Source: an uncultured Planctomycetaceae bacterium (GTDB lineage Bacteria; Planctomycetota; Planctomycetia; Pirellulales; PALSA-1355). From it: a stretch of DNA of 64,000 nucleotides. Both the position numbers and the translations under genes were made by a program. The notes under the pieces were generated by a model. That model worked only from the letters and a program-made list of their open reading frames with translations. It did not search any database and was not told the DNA's origin. How positions within the stretch are numbered: the stretch's first letter is position 1; every line of letters starts with the position of its first letter. Shown here piece by piece: positions 57,073 through 64,000 of the stretch. The stretch spans positions 384,001-448,000 of the forward strand of contig CAWAUV010000008.1 of the NCBI GenBank assembly GCA_963785305.1, in the 5' to 3' direction.

Positions 57073-57690
57073 ATGATGAAAACGATCGTCGCCTTGTCGT
57101 TCGCTTGGACCGCGTTCGCGGCGTCGCTCTTGGCCGAAGAAGCAACGCCCTCGCCAGATGACCAGGCGCATCAGGAATTGCTGGCGGTGAGAAAGGGTCT
57201 GATCGACGCCTACAATCGGCAGGATATCGAAGGCGTGCTTTCGTTTTGCACGAAAGACGTGATCGTTACCTGGCAGAATGGCGAAGTCAGCGAGGGCCGG
57301 GAAGGCGTTAGGGCGTATTATCAAAAAATGATGGAAGGCGATCATCGCATTGTCGAGAGCCTGACCGCCGACCCGACCGTGGATGGGGTCGCCGTGATTT
57401 ACAACGACGACACGGCGATCTCGCGCGGAGTGATGAACGACCGTTATCGGCTTCGCGATGGCAGTCAATTCGCGCTCAATAGTCGCTGGAGCGCCGCGCT
57501 CGTCAAGAGCGACGGCCAGTGGCGGATCGCGAGTTTCCATGCCTCGACCAATACGTTCGACAACGCGGTCCTGCGACTCGCCGCCAAGCAAAGCATGCTC
57601 TGGGCCGGCGGAGCTGGGCTGCTGCTGGGGGCAGTTGCGGGCGTCGTGGGCGGGCGGATGCTGCGAAAGCGGACACAAACCACGTCGTAA
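57073..57690 (+). CDS. Exported NTF2/SnoaL-like protein with C-terminal membrane anchor
   Basis: Signal peptide; 'AYNRQDIEGVL...GREGVRAYY...GQWRIASFHAS'; C-terminal hydrophobic helix plus basic tail. Confidence 0.7.
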   Translation: MMKTIVALSFAWTAFAASLLAEEATPSPDDQAHQELLAVRKGLIDAYNRQDIEGVLSFCTKDVIVTWQNGEVSEGREGVRAYYQKMMEGDHRIVESLTADPTVDGVAVIYNDDTAISRGVMNDRYRLRDGSQFALNSRWSAALVKSDGQWRIASFHASTNTFDNAVLRLAAKQSMLWAGGAGLLLGAVAGVVGGRMLRKRTQTTS

Positions 57691-57722
57691 AGAGGCGTCG
57701 CGTGCTCCGATCCTCCCGACCG

Positions 57723-58697
57723 ATGTCGAACGACGACCGCGCGTTGCTGGCGGCAGCAGCCGCTTGTGCGCAAGCGCCAACGCTTGAGCTCTTGACGCCT
57801 GAAGTAGCCCGGAGCGTCGCGGCGGCCAGGGGCATCGACTTCGCCACGGCCTTGATCCACGACCGCGTGCGCCGCGGCCAAAATCTGGACTCCGCGCTCG
57901 AATTGGCGCACGCCGCGGAGCCGGACTCCTGGGCCGCGCTGGGAAAGCGCGGCGTGAAACTCGCGATCGTTCCAGGCGCTTTTTATCGCAGCCACCCTCA
58001 CACCGGCGCTCATGGTCGGCAAATCCAAAGCCTCGCGGAGCGCCACGGTGTCGCCAGCGAAATCGTGCCGATCGAATCGTTTGGGTCGCTCGGGACCAAT
58101 GCCGAAATTCTTTGCGACTGGCTCGCTCGCAGTCGCCATCGAAAAGTGATTCTCGTGTCGCTGAGCAAAGGCGGCGCCGACGTGAGGCGGGCCTTTGAAC
58201 TTGGCGTGTCCGGAGCGTTCGACCACGTGGAGGCGTGGGTCAATTTTTCCGGTGTCACCGAAGGCGTCGCGCTGGTCGACTGGCTGCTGGCTCGGCCGAT
58301 ACGATCTTGGGGAGTTCGGCTGCTGTTTCGATACCACGGCTATGACTTCGATGTGCTCGATGAACTTCGTCCGAGCGCATCGTCGCCGCGCGCGTGGAGC
58401 TTGCCGCCGGGCATGCAGGCAATTCATGTGGTCGGCTTTCCCCTCCGGCGCCATCTTTCGAGCCGATTGGCCCGCCGCGGACATCGCCGGATTGCTCCCT
58501 CGGGACCCAACGATGGAGGCGGGATTTTGCTCGCCGAAGCTGTTCATCGTCCGGGCATCATCTACCCGGTCTGGGGCGCCGACCATTATTTCCAATCGCC
58601 TGAGTGCAATGTGACGAATATCGTGCAAAACGTGCTGAACCTGTTGCATGCGCGCGAACGTTCGGTGGAACTGCCGGCGCCGGGGAGCATTCGATGA
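57723..58697 (+). CDS. Alpha/beta-hydrolase-like hypothetical protein
   Basis: 'IVPGAFY', nucleophile-elbow-like 'LVSLSKGG', 'PNDG', 'ADHYF'. Confidence 0.6.
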   Translation: MSNDDRALLAAAAACAQAPTLELLTPEVARSVAAARGIDFATALIHDRVRRGQNLDSALELAHAAEPDSWAALGKRGVKLAIVPGAFYRSHPHTGAHGRQIQSLAERHGVASEIVPIESFGSLGTNAEILCDWLARSRHRKVILVSLSKGGADVRRAFELGVSGAFDHVEAWVNFSGVTEGVALVDWLLARPIRSWGVRLLFRYHGYDFDVLDELRPSASSPRAWSLPPGMQAIHVVGFPLRRHLSSRLARRGHRRIAPSGPNDGGGILLAEAVHRPGIIYPVWGADHYFQSPECNVTNIVQNVLNLLHARERSVELPAPGSIR

Positions 58698-60139
58698 AAG
58701 TACAATTGCTGCTCCCCGCCGGCGAAATTCACCGCAACACAACGGGCATTTTCAAGCGTTCGCTGCGCTATGCCCCGCTCACGCTCACCACTTTGGCCGC
58801 CCTCGTGCCCAAGGACCTGGATATCGAGCTCGCGATTCAAGACGAAGGCGTCCATCCGCTTGATCTCGACTTCGAGGCCGATTTGGTGGGTATTAGCTGC
58901 ATTACCGGCACGGCCGAGCGGGGCTATGCGATTGCCGATCGACTGCGGGCGCGAGGCGTCACGGTCGTTTTCGGCGGAGTGCATGCGACGCTTCTACCGG
59001 AGGAGGCGGCCCAACATGCCGACTCCGTGGTGACCGGCTATGCGGAAACATCGTGGCCCCAATTGCTCCGCGACTTTGCCGCCGATCGACTTCAGGCTCG
59101 CTACTTTCACCCCACCGGCCGTAGTCTAGCCGGCTTGCCCCACGCGCGGCGCGATCTGCTCGACAAACGAAAATATTCGACGATCAATAGCATCGAAGCG
59201 ACGCGAGGCTGTCCGCATAAGTGCGATTTTTGCGCCGTGCCGGCAGCTTGGGCGAATACCTATTCGCACCGGCCGGTGGAAGAAGTCGTCGCGGAGCTCG
59301 CCACTTTCGAAGGGCGGCATGCGCTTTTTGTGGACCTGAGCCCGGTCGAGGACGTCGCTTACGCGAAGTCGCTCTACCGCGCCATGATTCCCTTGAACAT
59401 CCGCTGGGTCGGGCTCGCCACGACGCGCATTGCCGAAGACGGCGAACTCCTGCGCTTGGCCGCTCAAAGCGGTTGCAAGGGACTGCTGATCGGCTTCGAA
59501 TCCGTGAGCCAAGCGACGTTGGATCAAACCCGAAAGCGGTTTCATTCGGCCCGCCACTATGCCGAAATCGTCAAGCGGCTGCATGACCACGGGATCGGCA
59601 TCCAGGGCTGCTTCGTCTTCGGCTTCGACAACGATGATCCTCACGTGTTCGAGCAGACCGTCGAGTTCGTCGACAAAACGCGGATCGATTTACCGCGTTA
59701 TGCGGTGATGACGCCGTTTCCCGGCACCGGCGCTTATCACCAGCTCGAATCGCAAGGCCGGCTGTTGCATAAGAAGTGGTCCCTTTACGATGTCGAACAT
59801 GTGGTATTCGAGCCGAATCAGATGAGTCCCGAGCGGCTGCAAGAGGGGCTCGAGTGGTCGTGGCGGCAGAGCTACGGCTGGAAGTCGCTCGCGCGGCGCG
59901 TGTCCGCGGCGCCGCCCTCGATACTTCCGCTGTGGATCTCGCTGAATTTCGGGTATCGCCACTACGCGAAAGCGCTGCCGCGAAAGACCGGTCCCACGAT
60001 CCATCGCGATCAAGCATATCGCGGAGCGCTGAATGAAGCTCGTTCGCGCGACGAGGGCCATCGGGAAGCGTCTTGGAGCGGCCGCGCTTCGGATGCCCTT
60101 CCGATGCTCGGTCCAGCCTCGGAAATTAAGGCGGAATGA
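58694..60139 (+). CDS. B12-binding-domain radical SAM protein
   Basis: 'APLTLTTLAAL', 'VFGGVHATLLPEE', 'TRGCPHKCDFC', 'IGFES', 'TPFPGT'. Confidence 0.9.
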   Translation: MKVQLLLPAGEIHRNTTGIFKRSLRYAPLTLTTLAALVPKDLDIELAIQDEGVHPLDLDFEADLVGISCITGTAERGYAIADRLRARGVTVVFGGVHATLLPEEAAQHADSVVTGYAETSWPQLLRDFAADRLQARYFHPTGRSLAGLPHARRDLLDKRKYSTINSIEATRGCPHKCDFCAVPAAWANTYSHRPVEEVVAELATFEGRHALFVDLSPVEDVAYAKSLYRAMIPLNIRWVGLATTRIAEDGELLRLAAQSGCKGLLIGFESVSQATLDQTRKRFHSARHYAEIVKRLHDHGIGIQGCFVFGFDNDDPHVFEQTVEFVDKTRIDLPRYAVMTPFPGTGAYHQLESQGRLLHKKWSLYDVEHVVFEPNQMSPERLQEGLEWSWRQSYGWKSLARRVSAAPPSILPLWISLNFGYRHYAKALPRKTGPTIHRDQAYRGALNEARSRDEGHREASWSGRASDALPMLGPASEIKAE

Positions 60140-61503
60140 CTGACATGCGATTGACGCTTGTTTACCCCGCGGTAGGCCGAAAAGAGCACAAGCCCTATGT
60201 GCGCGCTTGGCAGATGCAGCCGTTGTCGATGGCGGTGCTCGCGGGTCTGACGCCGGCCGATATCGAAGTGCGATTTTTCGACGACCGCATGGAGGACATC
60301 GGGTTCGACGAGCCGACGGATTTGGTCGCCATCAGCGTCGAGACATTCACGGCCCTGCGCGTATAAAATCGCGCGCGAGTTTCGCGCTCGCGGCGCGTTG
60401 GTCGTGCTGGGCGGTTATCATGTTACGTTGTTGCCCGAGGAAGCGCTGGCCGAAGCCGACGCGATCGTCATTGGCCACGCCGAATCGGTGTGGCGCCAGT
60501 TGCTCGACGATGCCCGGCGCCGCGACCTCAAGCCGATGTATCGCGGAGCGACGCGCGAGACGCTGGTCGGCATCAAACCGCGCCGCGAGATTTTCGGCGG
60601 CCGTAATTATCAGAACATCACGCTGGTCGAGTTCGCCCGGGGCTGTAATTTCAAATGTGATTTTTGCGCGATCACCGCGTTTCATGGCGCCAAGCAGAAC
60701 CATCGGCCGGCAATCGATGTGGTCGAAGAGATTGTCGCTTCGAGCAGCAAGCGTTTCTTTATCGTCGACGATAATTTCGTGAGCCAGCCCAACAAGGCGC
60801 GGGAACTCTGCCGCCAGTTGGCCCCGCTCGACGTTAATTGGGTCGGCCAAGCCAGCATCCACATTGCCCACGACGACGAACTGCTCGCGCTCATGGCCGA
60901 GAGCGGTTGCCGCGGAGTACTCATCGGCATGGAATCACTCGATCCGAAGAATTTGCGCGCCATGGGCAAAGACTGGAATTTGGCGGCGGGAAGCTATGCC
61001 CAGAGTCTTGCCCAGTTTCGCAAACATGGCCTCGCGGTCTACGGCACGTTTGTATTCGGCTACGACCATGATGACGCCGACACGATTCAGCAAAGCATCG
61101 ACTTTGCCCGCGAACAGAAGCTCTTCTTGGCGGCGTTCAACCACTTGATACCGTTTCCCGGAACCCCGCTCCACGAGCGGCTCGATGCGATGGCCGATTG
61201 CTAAAACCCAAATGGTGGCTCGATCCGGAAAGTCGCGTGGGTGATGTGACATTTCGCCCGGAGCGAATGACGCCTGGCGAGCTGGAGGCGCGCTGCCTCG
61301 ACGCGCGACGGCAATTTTTCAGTTGGAGCTCGATCCTCGAGCGGGCACGGGATCGCCAAGCAAACGCGACGAGTCTCTTCATGCTCGGCATCTATCTAGC
61401 GTTGAACACGAGCGCGCATTTCGACATCGATCTTCGGCAGGGCCTCCGGCTTGGCGCCGGCCTCGGCGAATGGGAACCCGCGCATGAGCCGCTACCGAGT
61501 TGA
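60136..61503 (+). CDS. Second B12-binding-domain radical SAM protein, frameshifts near 60360 and 61195
   Basis: 'QPLSMAVLAGLTP', 'VLGGYHVTLLPEE', 'ARGCNFKCDFC', 'VDDNF', 'IGMES', 'PFPGT'. Confidence 0.88.
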
Positions 61504-62600
61504 ATTGGCCACCAAGTCCGACGACGCGGATTTGCGCGATATCCTCGCGGCTTCGCCCATGCAGGGCGATATCTCGCTCGCATTTCGCCGCGAACCAAGT
61601 TTCTTCGAGGCGGCGGTCGTCGAAGGCGGCTTTCGCCAAGTGATCGCGGTGCGCGATATGAGAAGCGGCCGGCTCGTCGGCTTCGGATCGCGGGCCATTC
61701 GCAAGTGCTTCGTCAACGGCGAACCTGCGAACGTGGGATACTTGAGCAGCCTGCGACTCTTGGCCGAACATCGCAACCTCGGGCTCCTCGCGCGGCTATG
61801 CGTTTTTCCGCGAGCTGCACTCCGACCAACGGGCGCCCATGTATCTGACAACGATCGCCACCTCCAACCAAGCCGCGCTGCGACTATTGACCTCCGGCAG
61901 GGCCGGGCTGCCCTGTTACGAGCCAGCCGGCGATTTTCACACGTTCGCCCTGCCTCTCCGCCGACATGCCACCGCGAATCGGTCCACTAAAGCCGAGTGG
62001 GAAATCCGCCGCTCGAATTCCAGCGATCTTCCCGCGATCCGCGAGTTCCTCGACCGGCATGCCCGGGCTCGGCAATTCTTTCCCTGCCTGGAGGTGGGTG
62101 ATTATTTCAGCGAATCGGGCGGTTCGGGACGCTTGCAAGCCAGCGATCTCTGGCTGGCCGAACGCAAGGGCGACATCATCGGCACGATGGCGTCCTGGAA
62201 TCAAACCTCGCATCGCCAGACCGTCGTCCACGGATATTCGGGATTCGTGCGCATCCTGCGCCGATGCTACAATGCCTTCGCGCGTGGCTCCGGTCGCCCG
62301 ACGCTGCCCAGCCCAGGGCAATCGTTGCGCTCGCTCACGCTGGCCCTTCCCGTCGTGGCCGAAACCGACCCGCAATTGCCGCGGGCCCTGATCGGCGCGG
62401 TCGCGGCACATCATGCATCTTCAGGTCTCGAGATTATGCTGCTGGGACTTCATGAACGGGATCCGCTTTTTGCCGCCGCGCGAGATTGGCGCGGCGTGCG
62501 ATACAAAACGCGACTGTTCCTGGTCTACTGGCCCGATGGCGAGTCTCTAGTTCGCGAACTCGACGGTCGATCGCCCTATCTCGAACTAGGCTGTCTTTAA
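61484..62600 (+). CDS. Hypothetical protein with GNAT-like folds, frameshift near 61790
   Basis: 'LAFRREPSFF', 'VNGEPANVGYLSSLRL...HR'; overlaps upstream stop. Confidence 0.6.
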
Positions 62601-62628
62601 TTTCACGAGCGACACGCGGAGAGCGCGC

Positions 62629-63384
62629 ATGAAACTTTCGGGCCGTCTGGTGGCCGTGGCCGATCTCTCGCCACAAGATCGCGCCGCGATGCTCGCGCTC
62701 ATGCATGCCCATTTCGCCCACGTCGATGCGAGCATGTTTTTCGAGGATTTGGCCGAAAAGCAATGGGTTATCCAAGTCATCGAGCCGTCGACAAACCTGC
62801 TGCGCGGGTTCTCGACCCAAATGCTACTCGAAGCCAACGCCAATGGGCGGCCGATTCGGGCTCTGTTTTCCGGCGACACAATCGTCAATCGCGCCTATTG
62901 GGGCGATGCGGCGCTGAGCCATGTGTGGGGGCAGCTCGCGATTTCGTTGATCGAGAGCCAGCGAGACTCCGAGCTGTTTTGGTTCCTGGTTTCCCAGGGC
63001 TACCGCACCTATCGGTTCTTGCCGCTGTTCTTTCATTCGTTCTATCCGCGCGCCTCGACGCCGACTCCCGCTGGGATCGACGATGCGATGCGCGCCTTGG
63101 CCGCGCGGAAATTCGGCGAGCGTTTCGACCCCGAACGTGGCGTGATTGCGGCAAACGCGCGTCAATATCGCTTGCAGGGCGATCTCGCGACCGTGCCGCC
63201 GGGGAGAATGAACGATCTTCATGTGCGGTTTTACTTGCGGCGAAATCCGGGCCATGCCCGCGGGGACGAGCTTTGTTGCCTCGCGCCACTCAGTTTGGAA
63301 AACTTCACTCCGGCCGCTTTTCGCGTGATCGGTCCGCTGCCATCGGCAAGTCAGGTGTTTCAATGGGCTTCGCGGGCTGGCTGA
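62629..63384 (+). CDS. Hypothetical protein, possibly GNAT-like
   Basis: 'FFEDLAEK', 'GFSTQ', 'LFSGDTIVNRAYWG', 'GYRTYRFLP', 'NPGHARGDELCC'; operonic position. Confidence 0.6.
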   Translation: MKLSGRLVAVADLSPQDRAAMLALMHAHFAHVDASMFFEDLAEKQWVIQVIEPSTNLLRGFSTQMLLEANANGRPIRALFSGDTIVNRAYWGDAALSHVWGQLAISLIESQRDSELFWFLVSQGYRTYRFLPLFFHSFYPRASTPTPAGIDDAMRALAARKFGERFDPERGVIAANARQYRLQGDLATVPPGRMNDLHVRFYLRRNPGHARGDELCCLAPLSLENFTPAAFRVIGPLPSASQVFQWASRAG

Positions 63385-64000
63385 ACTGGGCGTGGATGCT
63401 CAGCCGCCGGGGAAATCTGGCGGCGTTTCATCGCGCCACGCGGGATGTGGCCGGGTCGCAAGCGGCGAAGTTGCGCCGTATTCTAGCGGCAAACGTTGAT
63501 ACGGCATTTGGCCGACGCCACGGCTTTGCTTCGATTCGGAATGTGCATGATTTCCAGGCCCGCGCTCCGCTTGCGGATTACGAGGCCATGGCGCCGTGGA
63601 TCGAGCGAATCGCGCGCGGCGAGGATCATGTGCTCACTGGAGAGCCTGTCCGACTGCTCGAGCCGACCGGTGGATCGACCGACGGCGAGAAATTGATTCC
63701 TTATACGAACGCGCTGCGAGCGGATTTTCAATTCGCGTTGGGCGCCTGGATCGCCGATCTGTTCATGCATCGGCCGGGGGCGCGAGCGGGGCGAGCCTAC
63801 TGGTCGCTTTCACCTGCTTTCGGGGCCGAACGCCGCTCGATCGGGGGCATTCCGATCGGCTTCGATAGCGACGCCGCGTATCTTGGCCGCGCGGAACAGC
63901 TTCTTTTGCGTCATGTGCTCGTGGCCCCGCCTGAAATAGCACGCATCGACCGGATCGAGGCATTTCGACATGCCACGCTCGCGCATCTGTTGGCCGCCGC
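63363..64000 (+). CDS. GH3 (auxin-responsive promoter) family acyl-adenylate/amido synthetase-like protein, runs off the window
   Basis: Read by hand from ATG 63363: 'SQAAKLRRILAANVDTAFGRRHGFASI...APLADYEAMAPWIERIARGEDHVLT...EPTGGSTDGEKLIPYT'. Confidence 0.8.
   Translation, partial: MGFAGWLNWAWMLSRRGNLAAFHRATRDVAGSQAAKLRRILAANVDTAFGRRHGFASIRNVHDFQARAPLADYEAMAPWIERIARGEDHVLTGEPVRLLEPTGGSTDGEKLIPYTNALRADFQFALGAWIADLFMHRPGARAGRAYWSLSPAFGAERRSIGGIPIGFDSDAAYLGRAEQLLLRHVLVAPPEIARIDRIEAFRHATLAHLLAA

Overview
GC-rich bacterial window whose gene content (two DUF1559 prepilin-like genes, PQQ-type beta-propellers, PEP-CTERM, SLRTLL-type LRR protein, Cys-rich small lipoprotein) points to a planctomycete (inference). 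Many genes, including the normally essential holA, are split by single-base indels, which most likely are long-read assembly errors. The centrepiece is a ~6 kb type V-B CRISPR module at ~26.2-32.4 kb. It holds a large Cas12b (~1450 aa once joined) with all three RuvC acidic residues, a promoter-linked tracrRNA whose fold can be read from the sequence, and a 13-spacer array of 36-nt repeats, but no cas1/cas2/cas4. The module lies between two ~93%-identical 128-bp copies of the 3' end of a host membrane-protein gene. The last repeat is cut exactly at the junction, and degenerate repeat-like sequences lie at both ends. Other content: an RHS toxin plus LRR gene, dusB, a SWIM-SNF2 helicase, an ISKra4-like IS inside a TGGGCCCC tract, an HK/sigma54-RR pair whose regulator appears to start at ATC, tRNA-Arg(ACG) with an IS630 remnant, YgiQ, mscL, a type IIG R-M enzyme, McrBC, an orphan CpaF ATPase, and an uncharacterised operon (Rieske oxygenase, NTF2-like, hydrolase, two B12-radical SAMs, two GNAT-like, GH3) that runs off the window end.
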